Shown piece by piece: positions 45,081 through 61,145 of a stretch of DNA of 64,000 nt. This DNA is from the human T2T-CHM13v2.0 reference genome, Homo sapiens. The position numbers were made by a program, and so were the translations under genes. The stretch lies in NCBI RefSeq assembly GCF_009914755.1, contig NC_060925.1; one strand, written 5' to 3'. The notes below the pieces were generated by a model, which saw only the letters and a program-made list of their open reading frames with translations, made no database searches and was not told the DNA's origin. The first letter of the stretch is position 1. Every line of letters begins with the position of its first letter.

Positions 45081-45921
45081 CAGAAACAAATCAATTGTAC
45101 AGTATTAACCAACACATCATGATTATAAAAAGGCATTTTAGGATGACTTAATGTTTAAAAGCCTATTAATATATTTTATTAGTATCAACCGATTAAAGAA
45201 GAAAAAAATCACATGGCAATCTCAACAAAAGTTAATACTTATTAAAATCGATGTTTCCTTTGTTATTTGAAACAAAAACATGCAAAAACCCTTATCCAAC
45301 AAGAAATAAACTCTTTTCAACTCAAACTGTTTACAAGAAACTTTCAGCAAAATTACATTCAATAATGACAGCAGTATCCTTGTTATAATCTGAAGCAAGA
45401 GAGAAATACCTGCTAATATATTGCTAATACTGTACTGGGGATCCTTCATAATATAAGAACACAAGAAAAAGAATAGGAATAAAATTGGAAAGCAAGAGAT
45501 GATTTTTTTGAGATGATTGGCTACTTAGAAATTTCAAGATAACTTACAGAAAAAATATTAGAATATGAGTTCAGCATGATAGGATTGAATGGATTCCTTT
45601 GTATCAATATTGAATTAGAAAATTCTGGTATAAAAACCCCTCTTTCACTAGCAACAAAAACAAAAACTAAGATACATAAAAATACATTTTAAAAGAAATG
45701 TGCAGTTCTCTATAAAGAAAACTATAGGACTTTCCCATAGGACATAAAATACAAAGATAAATGGAAAAACATATCATGTTCCTAAGAGGGAAGACTTATA
45801 TTTTCCCGTTTTCCACAAATTACAGTGTAGTTCTAAGCCAAATCTCAGGATGTTCCCAAATTTGACAAACTAATTCTAAAATATACGTGGAAGAAAAAAA
45901 CGCAATGCTTTAAAATAGCTA

Positions 45922-46272
<351 letters not shown>

Positions 46273-48274
46273 CTATATACCAGTACTCTTCTAGAATAGA
46301 AGTGAACAAAACATACAACATGCCCAATCTCAGAAAATTTATAATGATTTATTAAAATGTTGGATTAATAAAAACAAAAACTTCATATAGGCATCAAAGA
46401 ACTAATATGACAGTGAAGGATTACTGAGCCAAAAATCCGAAAGATACTTCTCCGCAGAGTTCACAGAAAAAAAAAAAATCTTAAGACAAGAAACTCAGTG
46501 AGGCCATCCAGCAGGGATACATTTTAGTTTTGCCCAGGGGGAAATGTCCGATCTGAATAAATAGCTATAAAACTAAATTGCACTTTCAATGGCCTCATGG
46601 GGCTAGAAGAACAAAACTATACCCACAGGGCAAAAGGTGAACCAGTTGTAAAACCAGCCTTCCCATGAGATAGCTCTTATAGCCTGACTTTGGGTCATCT
46701 TAGTAGGCCAGGTAAATGCAAGACATGAACTTGGATTAGGGTGTTCTGAACTAGTAGCACCCCTAGACACCTGGCAGAAGTAAATGAAAATCCTATGGGA
46801 GAAGATACTGTCCTAGGCCTGAAAATAGTTCTATAATACATTTCAAATACAATGTCCACCACATAGTCAAACATATGGGCATATAAGAAAACAAGACGCC
46901 ATGAACAAGCAGAAAAAATCAACTACTAACAGAATCTGACCCACATTTTGGAGTCCCAGAACTATCAAACACAGAATGTAAAAATAACTATTTGCACCAT
47001 ATTCAAAGAAATAAAAGCCAACCTAGGGTACTAAAAACAATAAAAAGTATATCTGAAAAAGAGCCAATGGAAATTCTAGATCTGAATAATAGTATAACTG
47101 AAGTAACAGTCGCTGAGAAAATCAGGGGAAGAAACTAGAATGCAGCACAGAGAGACAAAGAGAAAGAAAACAGAGAAGACAAAAAATCTAGAAAGCACAG
47201 TGAGAAGGATTTAACTTATATTTAGAGTCCCAAAAGAACCAGAGAGAGAAAATGGGGCAGAAAAAACAGTTGAGAGATAAATAACAGCCAGGAAATTTCC
47301 AGAATCCCAGCAGAGATCTCAAACTTGACAACAACAAAAAAATTCCCACAGACATATTAGAGGAAAACTTTAAAAACTCGAGATTAATATAAATGTCTAA
47401 AAATCAGCCAGAAAATAGAGAACAGATTATTTTAAGATGAGCAACAACTGAACTTCCAAGAACAAGGCAGAAAATGATGGAATAGCCTCAATCTGTGAGG
47501 AAAAAATAACTATCAATATAGAATTCCATACCCAGTAAAAATATCATTCTAGAATTAAGTGAATATCCATACTAACTAAAACATCAAATAAACCCTAAAC
47601 AGTGAAAAAAAAAATTAACCAAATAAAGGCATCACCAGACATACAAAAGCCAAGAACATGTGCCATAAAATGACTAAAAAATTTAAAAGGATTTATTGGA
47701 AGTCACCATAAAGCAAGTGAAAAGTACAGTCACAAAGTAGAGGATATCTGCAACACATACAACCTAAGGATTAATGGAATTGCTAAGAGTCAATATGGAA
47801 AAAGACAGACACCCCAATAGAAAAAAATGGGCGATCAGTAAAAACATTTTTCAAAAGAGAAACATAGGTGGCCAATAAACCTAAGAAAGAATAATCAGCC
47901 TTATAGTAATCAGGGAAATATAAATTAAGTTCACAATGAAATATCATTTATATGCACTAATGAGTAAAAATTTAAAAGTCTGACTGTATTAGTGAGAATA
48001 CAGAGGAATAAGAACTCTGACACAGTCCTTCTGGGAGTAAAAACATGCACAATCATTTTTTAGAAAAGTTTGGCTTTATCTAAGAACCATAAACTATATA
48101 GTCTATGACTAAAAAATCCCACTCCTTGGCATGTACCTTAAGAGAAACCCACAGATGTTCATCATGGGACATAATAAAAGTGTTCATAGCTCCACAGCTT
48201 TTAAAAGCCATAAGCTGAAAACAACTCAAATGTCTATCAAGAACAAAAATGGATAATTAAATGTGTCATATCTA

Positions 48275-48597
<323 letters not shown>

Positions 48598-50271
48598 TAC
48601 AACAATGAAAATGAATAAACTATAGTTACTAACAAAAACAGAGATGAACTTCAAAGACGGTATTAAGCAAAAGCAACAGGTCACAAAAGAGGACACGCAG
48701 TGTAATTCCATTTCTATGAGGACAAAGCAGACTGCATGCTTTCTAAGAGGTCAAACTATTAAGAATGGTAAACAAATGATTATTAGAAAAGTCAGAATAA
48801 TGGTAAACAGAAGAAAGAGAATTTAATTGGGGATGCTGGCAATGTTCTACATCTTGTCTTTAGGGTAATTAAGGTTATTTCTTTAAATATCAGAGTAACA
48901 TATTTACGTACTTTATCTCACAATAAAGCCAATTTGGTAAGTGGCAATTTGTTCATACTTTAAACATTTTGAGTATTTATAATATTTAAGAATTATCTGG
49001 TCTATTAGCCTAACAGTTCAGCCTCCTAAATCCAATCTAAAAATGTGTAAATGAGTAATCAACATGGACTTGTACTAATCATTTTAAAGTAGAAATCTTA
49101 TTAAGTTATCTGAGGCATTGAAATAGCCAAGATAATTCAAGGTTCTACATATTAAGACTAATTTGTTCTATTTATAAAAGATACTTATGTACTTGAAAAG
49201 GTTTTAAATCAGGGAACAGAGGTTCTTGAAATAGAAACTGAATATACTGAATTTAGAAATGCACTTTTAAATGTTTTTAAAATTCTACTAAGGTTGTAAA
49301 TGTGACTACACATTATCTAAAAGCTCCTTACTTCAAAGTATTTGCTGAAATTTGCTAAACTCATCAATAGAAAAAAACAAACAAAAAACCACGAGTTTGA
49401 CCTTAGAAACTTAAGAAAGAACTAAATCTCTGGATTTATATCCTTAAGAAATCATCTTTTTAGAGCAAACTTCTAAATAATATTTGTCTACCAACTTGTT
49501 CAGAAGACACAAAACAATTCACATTTAATGCTATTTTTCACATTATATAAAAGCAAACGAAAAAACCTATGCCAGAAGTTTTTTTTTAATTCCCAAACAC
49601 CAATTTATATGCCGGAAGATTTTGAGGGTTAATTTTAATTAAAATTTGTCTAGGATTATACTCAAAAACACAAAACACTTGACAGTTGATATGGTGACAT
49701 ATGCTACTTTCAAAGAAGTTACTGTTTACTTTTTTGGGGGTAGGTGGGGGTCACAGAGCAATTAAGTGCTATGGAGCTCCCAGAAAAATGTATAGACACA
49801 CCACATAATACAATAGTCAAAGATCTCTTGAAAAAGACTACAGGTTAAGGACACTTAAAACTCTCCATTATCCTGGTGGCCAATTATGAAATCAGAGCTT
49901 AAGTTATTTTAGACATATTATCCAGCAAAATATAATTGTATGTATTATGTTATTATATATAATTATATTCATTTTAAATCAGAAAGGTAATGTCTTTAAG
50001 AACAAAAGTTCACATATTTTGTTTTCATTTACCAGTTAAAAATGAACACAATACCACTTTTTACATACTAAATAAGCAAAGTTTTGTTTCGTTTAGAATA
50101 TACTGGCAAGGATGAGAGGAACTGAAACCAGTCTCCATACATTGAAGTTAGGAGAATATAGTTATATAACCTTTCTGAATAGTAATTTGGAAATGTATAC
50201 ATAAAGCCTCAACTGAGGAATATTCAACTCTTGATTAACTCTACTACTAGAAATTTATTCTAAGGAAATAA

Positions 50272-50652
<381 letters not shown>

Positions 50653-51541
50653 TGAGTAATAATGGAGGAGTAAATAATGTATAGGATAATGGAAAATTGT
50701 AAAAAATTTAAGTATATTTAAGATGAATATTTAGTGGCATGAAAATGCTCATGGATCTACTGCTAATAGAATAAAGGGTCAATTTCTACATAGCAAATTC
50801 TTTTTTTTTTTTTTTAAAGGAAAAATTCTACAAACAGAAAAAAAAGACTAGGGGGCATATGATGAATTTTTAATGTGGGGAATTATAAGTATTTTTTTCT
50901 TTTTCTTATCTAAAATTTTAACAAGAAATAAATCAATAATTTATTAGATTATATGCACTCTTTGTTCACCTTGACTTCTGGTCTAATCTAAGAACCATGC
51001 AGTATGAAGAATCAATTCTGTAAATTTTATTTATTATTACAGTTGTCGTTTGCCTAAACTATTACAGGTATTATTCAATAATTTGTGATAAGAAAAACCA
51101 AGGTTGTAGTAAAGGTATGGCTACTGATGAAAGATCTATAATTGAATGTGGCTGGCCCTCAAAATAAGAAAACAAGTTCCCATTGTTGAAATAAATATGA
51201 TAGCTATCTTCTGCAGTGGGGATGAAAAGTGATTCTAGTCTGTCATTTGAAATATCACAGATGGGGACTGGCTTCTGTCACATTCAAGGGTTAACATATA
51301 TTTATGTGGTATTCAAAGGTTAATCTATACAATACAGCACCTGAATTTAAAATTAATGGTAAAACAAGATACGTTATAATACATTCTGATCATAATTATA
51401 TTGAAATAGTAAGATAGATAAAAGAAATAAATATATCAAGCTATTTAAAAGTAGGTATCTTTGAGTGATACTATCACAGGTGATTTCCCCAATTTTTATT
51501 TTTTTGTTTTTCTAATATTTTTTAAATGGGCATAGATTACA

Positions 51542-51833
51542 TTTTTTTTTTTAAGAGACTGGGCCTCACTCTGTTGCCCAGTATGGAGGGCAGTGGCATG
51601 GTCATAGCTCACTGTGTTCACCTTGAACTCCTGGGCTCAAGCAATCCTCCCACCTCAGCCTCCTGAGTAGCTGGGACTACTGGTGCACACCACCATGCCT
51701 TTTTTTTTAATTCTTTCAGAGATGGGGTCTTACTATGTTGCTCAGGCTGATTTTGAACTCCTGGGCTCAAGTGATCCTTCTACCTCAGCCTGCAAAAGTG
51801 CTGGGATTACAGGCGTGAGCTACTGTGCCTGGT
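51542..51833 (-). mobile_element. AluJ
   Basis: AluJ-type arms; flanking ATTACATTTT repeat. Confidence 0.9.
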
Positions 51834-52122
51834 CTATTACATTTTCTTAGTGAGGAAAAACCCAGAGTGATCCTTTGGACTTTGTATTCTAATTGGACAG
51901 TCCTTGAGAAGTTATGTATATGTCCTTTAAAAAAGTTTGTCTAGTAAATTACTGAGAAATCATTATCTCCCCAACCCATAATTAAATAAGTAAAATCTAA
52001 AATACAGATATGAGTTATGCCACAGTTCTAATATACTCTAAAGAAGTATAGTGGAAAATAATACATAGAAGTTAACCTTTTTGTCTTGAAGCCATTAAAT
52101 AAATCAACACTGCAGCCTGGAA

Positions 52123-52420
52123 TTTTTTTTTTTTTTTGAGACGGAGTCTTGCTCTGTCACCCAGGCTGTAGTGCAGTGGCACCATCTTGGCTCACTGCAA
52201 GCTCCACCTCCCAGGTTCATGCCATTCTCCTGCCTCAGCCTCCCCAGCAGCTGGGACTAGAGGCGCACGCAGCAACGCCTGCTAATTTTTTTGTATTTTT
52301 AGTAGAGACGGGGTTTCACTGTGTTAGCCAGGATGGTCTCGATCTCCCGACTTCGCGATCCGCCCGCCTCGGCCTCCCAAAGTGCTGGGATTACAGGCGT
52401 GAGCCACTGCGCCTGGCCCA
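52123..52420 (-). mobile_element. AluY
   Basis: CTGCAAGCTCC..TTCATGCCATTC, GTGTTAGCCAGGATGG diagnostics; TSD CTGGAATTTTTT. Confidence 0.93.
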
Positions 52421-52956
52421 GACTGGAATTTTTTAAAGCCCTAATTTAGCATTAGAAGCTTGCATATCTCAGGCAATGGTAAAAGAATTAAAAGAAAATT
52501 AGTCAATACTGAATGATAAATCAGGCCATATGCTGACATAAAAATCTATCATGTAAATTGAGACAATATTTTATACTTTTCTTCTAGTGGGAACCAAATG
52601 AAAACATATTATTAATTTTCTAGTTGCCAAATAAAAGACGAATTTTGAATGCTTCCTAAAGAATTCTTTAAATTTTGTAACCCAAATATCTTTACTATGA
52701 AAAATGCTCTTTGCTTAATTTACTTTTCAGGAGTCACTCTAGTCTACTGTTTCTGATGTGAAATATTTTATTCTGATGACTGAATTCTTTATATAACTAG
52801 AAGGAGAAATAATTGTTTACATATAGTTCAACATATTTTAAAATTAAATGTAGTTTTGATTCCGAAACTTGTGGTCAAACTAATTCTTCTACTTGTATTC
52901 ACACATGTTGATATTTGGCCTGATAAGACAAAATCATAGAAGTGTAAGAATTAGGA

Positions 52957-53256
52957 GGCCAGGTGTGGTGGCTCATGCCTGTAATCTCAACACTTTGAGA
53001 GGCGGAGGCGGAAGGATCTCTTGAGCCCAGGAGTTCAAGCACAGCCTGGGCAACATGGTAAAACTCTGTCTCTACGAAAAATACAAAAACTAGCCAAGAG
53101 TGATGACATGTGCTTTTAATTCCAGCTACTTGGGAGGCTGAAGTGGGAGGATCACTTGAGTCCTGAGAGGTTGAGTCTGCAGTGAGATATGATCACACCA
53201 TTGCACTCCAGCCTGGGTGACAGAGTAAAACTCTGTCTTTAAAGAAAAAAAAAAAG
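52957..53256 (+). mobile_element. AluJ
   Basis: AluJ-type arms; TSD AAGAATTAG. Confidence 0.9.
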
Positions 53257-53859
53257 AATTAGAGTGGAAAGGGGCTCTAGTGATTACTAGCCTTCCCACA
53301 AGATTCCTATGATTTTTGTTTGTTTGTTTGGTTTTTACTTCTGGACTCCACTTGCTATGTAGTATGTCTTCCAATTTAAAAATATATATTCAAAGACATA
53401 TAACTATCAACGAAACTTGTTCAGTAAGAGATAACCAATATACACAGACTTGGTATATTTTCAGTCAAAAGTAAAGAAATGGGATGTTTTAGTTAGTTTT
53501 GTCACTATAGACAAATACATAGTTTTTATCGGGACTTTTGTAAAATTGAAAATAACTTACAAGTACTATTCCCTTATCTATTAACCTAAGGATCAGGAGA
53601 CCCTTGGTTGGGAATGATCCAACTAGTCCAACCTTCTAATTTTGCATATAAGATGGCTCTGAATTTAGAGGTTTGATTAATCATGAAAGGGGGAAAATGA
53701 TTTTTCTCACATACATTATATTGACCAATGAGGTGATTCTAGAAAAACTATGCTCTGTGATCCAAGTAACCTGGCAAGGATAAACAATTTAAATCCAATG
53801 AAACACAACCTGAAGTGAACTATTACCACCAATGATAAAAATAAGAAATGTTTCACATT

Positions 53860-55357
53860 TTAATTTTCTTTAAACCTTTTTTTATTTAGAGATTTTTCTG
53901 GTAAGGAGATATACCATAGGAAAGCAATTTCACTGGCAGTGAGGTATGTATATACTCTACCAAAATACTCCTTATTTTAACTGTTTTTAACTTTATTTAC
54001 ATACGAAGCAAAGAATCAATGCATATCCTTGGTTCAACTATAGTATTAGCCATACTACATGAAATAAAATGGTGCTTGCATACAAAAACTTGTTGTTTGT
54101 AAAGGAATCTGATTTCAGATTAAAATACCTAATTGTTTTTGGAAAAAATTTTTAAAAAGAATCACAATTTATCATGACCAAGACACCTGCACCATATTTT
54201 CCATTCCTCACAGCACATTTATTTCAGTAATTCTGTTATGTCGGTTCTTAGCATGAGCATAGTGTTACACGATTTTCGTACATATAATCACATCCAAAAC
54301 AAGTTCTAAAATTTAAATTGTAAACATTCTCATATGTAGAAATATTTTAATTGGTGTATTAAGTTTTGCTAACTGATCAAATTTGGAAGATAATATAAAT
54401 GAGAACGTCTATTCTAAACTGTGTAGTGAGCATTGTTTATTAATTACATTTCTACAATGTTAAATAAAGTAAGAGGCAAACCTGTCCTGTAAGCATGTCA
54501 AATTTTAGGTAAAACATTAAAAAGAAACAAACCTGTTAACAAAAGAATGTCTTGCAATAAAGAACATTAGATTTTTAAAATCTATTATGATACAAAAATG
54601 TAAAGGGTAAATAGCATCTTTGTTGACAAAGTAGGAGGTAGCATGGATGCACCACTTTATTGTCTGAGAAATGCAACTGGAGTAAAGAATATTTCCTTAC
54701 CACAAATAATTTCCAGAACTATGTACATATTTCTTTTAGAAATACTTGTTTAAACAAATCTCCCTCCACTTTTTAGTATAAAAAAAACCGTTCCATGTGA
54801 TTTTAAAAAAAACACTTACACATCTAGATAGAATAGTACTCTGCCCTATTTGAGTGAACAGTCTCAAACTATGAAGTACATGATATTTAATGCCCTAATT
54901 TGAGTAAATTTAGTCAGCGGTTCTTGGTATTATACAAAACACTAAATACATACAAACAAAATATAATATCTTATTTTTCTATGCAAGTCTTGTGGGGAAT
55001 AAACAGAGCCTTGATTCTGGTAACACTGCAAAAAACATAATTGTCCAATAAGTCTGTCTATAAGTATCCATGTGCAACAGTTTATTAATGGCTGCTTACA
55101 TGTACTGCTCTTTTACTGAGTGAACACAGTTAACCAACAAAACTTCATAAACCTTAAAAACACATCTTCCACCCTATATAAAATATATAGACTACTTACT
55201 GTTTTAAGTATTCAATTTGCTCTGATGTCACTGTAATTCACTTTCCCCCCATTTTCCTGCTTTAGTATTTATAAACAGATAATTTAATGTGGCTTAAAAA
55301 AAAAGAATTTCAAATTTACATCCAATTCAAACTGGCTATTTAAAAGGTTTCCTGGTT
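53860..55357 (-). other. ZNF644: ZNF644 3'UTR (about 1.5 kb; 3' end approximate)
   Basis: Repeat-free AU-rich sequence after the stop codon, ending near AATAAA signals. Confidence 0.75.
53881..53886 (-). terminator. ZNF644: Candidate distal polyadenylation signal AATAAA (another at 53992-53997)
   Basis: TTTATT on the plus strand; U-rich sequence downstream on the minus strand. Confidence 0.6.
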
Positions 55358-55550
55358 CTATGAAGCTGCTTCGGCCATTAGTAGAGAAAATGAAGTTTCT
55401 GTAATGGAGGCAGGCTTTTTAAGTAGTGACGTGACTTCCACCATGCCAGCTCCAGTCCGTGGAAGATTAGCGTTTACAATATGTCGTTGTAAGTGCTTAA
55501 TCCAGTCTTCCTGAACAGACAAGGGTCCTCGAAAGACTAGGCCACAAAAC
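55358..55550 (-). CDS. ZNF644: ZNF644 last coding exon (C-terminal WIZ-type zinc finger)
   Basis: Acceptor ctttctgtag|G; 193 nt encoding (R)[23 protein letters not shown]...LLMAEAAS*. Confidence 0.95.
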
Positions 55551-55883
55551 CTACAGAAAGATAACAATTCTCTTAACATGACCAATTCTCTTTCTTTAAA
55601 ACTAATTCACACAAAATCCTAAAACATAAGGAATAAACTTTATCATATTTTAAAGACAGCAATTGATAAAGTTTCTAAAGTCAAATGATTTAATAAAACA
55701 TCAAAACTCCCAATTCATATGTTTATTAACAGCTATAATAAACTCCAGTAATCTTTGTATAGGTGGGAGCATTATTATTTTAAAATTAACATCTACACAT
55801 CTTAATTCACTTGAAACAACAACTATTACTCCAAAATATGTCATTCTTTAGAAAAGACCCTTCCCCAGTTTAGCATTCCTTAA

Positions 55884-56427
<544 letters not shown>

Positions 56428-56611
56428 TAGTTGTTGAAGTACGGATATTGTGAGCTGAATTAAGATTTTAAGCCTATCTCCAAAAGTTCATTTATAACTT
56501 GATTGTTGAGAATGCACTCTGCCACAAATTAAAAATCCCAAATGAAATAGCTAATATGTTTCAAAGCAAAGTATGAAGAAACTGATCAGATTTGGCAATA
56601 TAGGCATATAC

Positions 56612-56714
56612 CTGCATCGGAGAATGTAAACCTCGTCAGCACCATGAGGTAATGTTAGCATTTTCTTCTTGCTTCCAGATCTTGACCTTGATTTCTTTTG
56701 CTTACAATCTAAGG
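56612..56714 (-). CDS. ZNF644: ZNF644 penultimate coding exon
   Basis: cccctttttag|CC...TGCAG|gtatat; 103 nt encoding [33 protein letters not shown](R); phase joins the last exon to give CRFC. Confidence 0.93.
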
Positions 56715-59700
56715 CTAAAAAGGGGAAGAGAAAGACTTAACATTCCTTATATATTTCAAAATATACATACACACATATTTTTCTAGAGAGGTCAGACAGA
56801 CCATCTAAATCAGTTAGAAAAAGTCCGCATTCATTTCCCTATTCCCTGAAGCATGCATTCAACTTGCTGATTCTGTAATAGCAGTAATATTATCTGTACT
56901 GTACAGCGGTATTATCTGTACTGAAGAATACTATCTGTATTCTTCCTATACTGCCTTTTCAAATAATGCTTTACCACACCAAACTAGAACTGAGAAAATG
57001 TAACTAAATAACTTGAAAGTACTAAATTGGTCAATTATTACAATAATGGTAATCTTTACTTTTATAATCATACATAATTTTAATATCTGGTTTAATCTTA
57101 TTTCCAGAAAAGTAGAACCTTTTATTTGAGATCATTAAATTAAGTTTGCATTTGATTACTGCTCCATTAAGTAGGTCTTCTATACTTGGAAAACTTCGTA
57201 AGGGAATATGGATAATGTAATTAAAAGCTCAAGGAAAAATCAATTTTCATAGTGATTCACCATGAATTTTATAATAAATAGCTCTTAAAATTGTATGCTG
57301 GCCCTACATTTGAAAGGACAAAAAAAGCTCAACTTTCATTTTTGAACTTAATTTGTATTGCATATACAATAATCAATTATGCAATCATATAAGTTTTATT
57401 TTACTAGAAAATAAATATAAATCCATATTATCTCACGTAAGTTTACAATTGGATCTGATGTTTAATGCTAACTATTCTTTACATATTTTTCATTTTACAT
57501 TTTCTCCAACTGCTTATTTTAAAATGTGATTTGAAAAGGTAAAAAAAAAAATTAAAATAGACCAAAATTTTATGTGAACTGTTCTTGAAATTTTTCCATT
57601 AATTGACTTTTCCTTTATTTATTCTAAAACAACCTGATTTTAAAAAGAAAAAAAGGTATTTTTTATAGGTAGCAATAGATAGCACATAACATTTTATAGG
57701 TCTTTGAATACAGCTACACCATTTCTTTGGACAAAGGGATGATAGCAATCCAGGGTGCTGCTGGTCAATTAGCAGGAAGAGAAGGTAAGAATTTATCTGT
57801 AGGGATCCAAGGGGGGAGGGATACAAATGTAACAGAAGAGTTACCCAAATGGCTTTTCTTCCATTATCCTGCCATGTGAAAAATTCCCTGGAAAAATTCT
57901 AAGTAAGAGAGAAGGAACTGGCTGTTCAATGACTCTGTGAAACGAATTGTTCAAAGTCCAGATTCCAAAAGAATAGATGCTACTATTACAAAACCAGTAA
58001 ACATAGTTCCTTAGTCAAATGGCAATGATAACAGAAATGTCATATAGAAAATTCAAAACCACAAGAAACCTAAATCTCATTGAAGCCACTGGTTTCAGCT
58101 TCCTGTCACCTGCCTATTCAAAAGTAAAATCTAGGACACAGTCTTTTTCTGTTTATCCTTAGAAGAAGAGTCTAATAAGTAAAGAACTACTAGAAGTCAA
58201 GTTAGGTATTAAAGAATGGGTAATTCAAAGCTAAACAACCAAACTCTGGAATAGAAAAATCTTATAAGGATCTTATTAGTTATCTCAGTCAAGAGCCTCG
58301 CATGTAGTAGGAACTCAACAAATACTTCTGGAGTAAAAATAAAGCAAAACTCAGTAATTTAACCATTGATATTTAGACAGCCTATGAATGAAAATGTTTT
58401 ACTCCTATTTAATACAGGTAATATTCCTGTACAACATTGTGCATCATTTGTTTAAATATGTTGCTGCAGTCACACATACTTCATTATCCTAGATATAAAT
58501 CACTGACCAGCCAGCTTATGTACAGAAACTAGGTTATTCACAACAACTACAAGAGTGAAATACCTTATGCTTTGTACCCAGTAGGAAAAACCTTTTTCCT
58601 AATCGCTTTGGTGAGCAATCTGAATTTAAGTGGGTTATGAGTGATTCATACACTAGAAATAGAGTTCAGGGAACTCAAAGAGTAAGTGCTACTAGATGTC
58701 AGCTATTCTTTCCATCTGTAAAGATGGATCCTTGTCTGTGTTAGGCAGAATAGAGCAGGCATTTGGTGTATCATAAGATTACAGGTAGAATCTTACTTTG
58801 ATGAGCTTGCTGGTTGTCAAAATTGCCACACTGTATTCAAACTCCTTTTAAAATGCAAATAAATTACTGTAGGATACAAATAGAATACATTATAACAACC
58901 CTTAAAAATTTGTTCACAGAATGTTAATGTTAGGGGTGTAAAGCAAATTGAGGAAGAAGGGCAGGAGGATGGTAGGGAAATATGCAAAAGAACATTTTAT
59001 CAGTTACAAAAGCATTTAAATTTACATGTTGTTAATATTTTAAAAATGGAACTGGAAATGTTTATTCTAAAATACAGAAATATTTTTGGCTTTTTCTTTA
59101 ATAGGGAAAAAAGAATTATTTTATGGCTTTTGATGCTTTATGGACTGTGGAAACTCTTAAGTTTAGGCTGTTTTATGAATGATCAGATCTAAACTTGAAA
59201 TGAGAATGCCATCATTTTTGTAGCAATGAGTATTTGAAGGTATTATAACCTTGGAAAGCAGGACAACTCTGCCAGCTTATGACTGATCAATCATCTCTAG
59301 AACCCAGGGCTCCAAAGTTAAGGTTACAGAATCTCATGCACTGAGAATCCCTAGAAACTTATTCACAAAGTTAAAATATTAAAAATCTGGGAACTTTGGA
59401 AATTGAAATCTAAATGCCTCAGTGTTTTAATATCTTCATCAATTCTAGATTTATTATCTCCTGAAATGTTATATTTTTGAGCAGGTGAAACATGAACATA
59501 TTTTACAATAGTTTTTCTAATGCCAATATCCAAACCCACTCCTGTGATACTGCCCATACCTTTGGGAAAATCTGTTTAAAATTGAGTATTTAACATATTA
59601 AAACTGCACAAAAAGGGGACATCTATATAGGATCCTCTACATAAAAGGATGATTTACACAGAAAATTTCAATAAATGAAAAGGATGAGGTAGAAACATGT

Positions 59701-61145
59701 CTGTTATACCAATATTCTCACTTAAGAGATTTTATTATATCTAGAGGGAAAAGTAGTTTTGTTCTGGACTGTACCAGGAGCCACTAGAACATTAAATACA
59801 GATCACTAACACATTCAGTTTTAATATAATGCAGCTCATCAGTATCTGTGATAAACAGCCAAAGCTTTAACAGAGTTGTTTATATGAATAATCTGCCAAA
59901 TAGATAACTGTTACACAAAGCCTTTTTTTGTAATAGGATTTTATTTGCACTTGTTAGTGACCAAAAAACTCCAAGGAACTTAAAAACAAAAAACCCACAC
60001 ACTCTTTTCTCTTTACAAAGTATTTTAAATCTAACATTGTTTCTATACTTTAAATATATTAAAAAATTATTTTTAGAAAGTATTAATTTTCTTCTCAAGC
60101 ATAAGCTTCTATAGAAAGAAACAAATCCAGTCATCCAAACCTTCCTAAGATTACTATTCGGTGGGCAGAAACTGTTTAAGTGATCAATTTCAACCAAAAG
60201 ACTGTTATCTTTCAAGTTACCTGATTTATAAAAGATCTAAATTGCTACTGAGAATATTTTACTCATACGGAGAATAAATTGAGCTGTAAGGTCAAATGCA
60301 AAAAAAAAAAATAGAATATACCTTTCAGTAAGATATTTGTCTTGGTCAAATACAAATATGAAAGAGAAATACAATAAACTCATGAGTCCTCAAAAAGAAC
60401 ACCACACTGCTATGCTATGAATACGACGACCAATGACCATGACGACAACAACATGCCAAAGCACTAAACCAGATTGGTGCAAAGCAAATAAATAGATAAC
60501 ACAACACATAAAAATTCAAGTCTGTTTTCTGAGCCATTATTTAGTTTTATACAAAGAAGATTAAGAATTTACTTTTGACTTTGACATTAAAATCTTTTGC
60601 TCTTTCCACCTTTCTGCCCATTTTATACAATAATTGCTTCAATGAGTTTCATTTTCTTTTTCCTTCACGATATAAATGACCCAAGAGAATGAGATTTCAT
60701 AAAAACATCTGGAACTTCTTTGATAAAGCACACCATAACTAAATTAACATTCGCCACCGAAGTATTTTTATTTGTAATCATTCTCACCTGCCCAATAACT
60801 TAAAAGTCTTGTTTAATCCATTTCTTTTCTAATTGGTTGCTGGTATCTCTAGGACAAAGTGAAACAACTGGGGTATCTATACCCAAAGTAAGAGGCACAG
60901 TATACCCCTACGAGAGGGAAGAAAATTTCTTCTCTAAGTGGTTGGCCTGTGTTAAGTTTGGTGGACAATATTAGCTATGAGCTCATTCAGAACTACAGTA
61001 GGAATAAACATGACACGAACAGGTAAATCATCATTCTATCACTATTAAAAAGTTGGTGCTGGAGGTCGTGCTGGCAGTGGTGAGGTGGGAAGAGGATGCA
61101 CACATGCCAAAGGATACACAAGTGTAAGAAAAATAAACTCAACTC

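Noticed and set aside
55551-55585. N-terminal [11 protein letters not shown] of ORF 55358-55585
   Set aside because: Intronic; the real exon begins at the AG acceptor (55550).
56885-56945. Short tandem duplication TATTATCTGTACTG
   Set aside because: Two to three imperfect copies from local slippage; no array or spacer structure.
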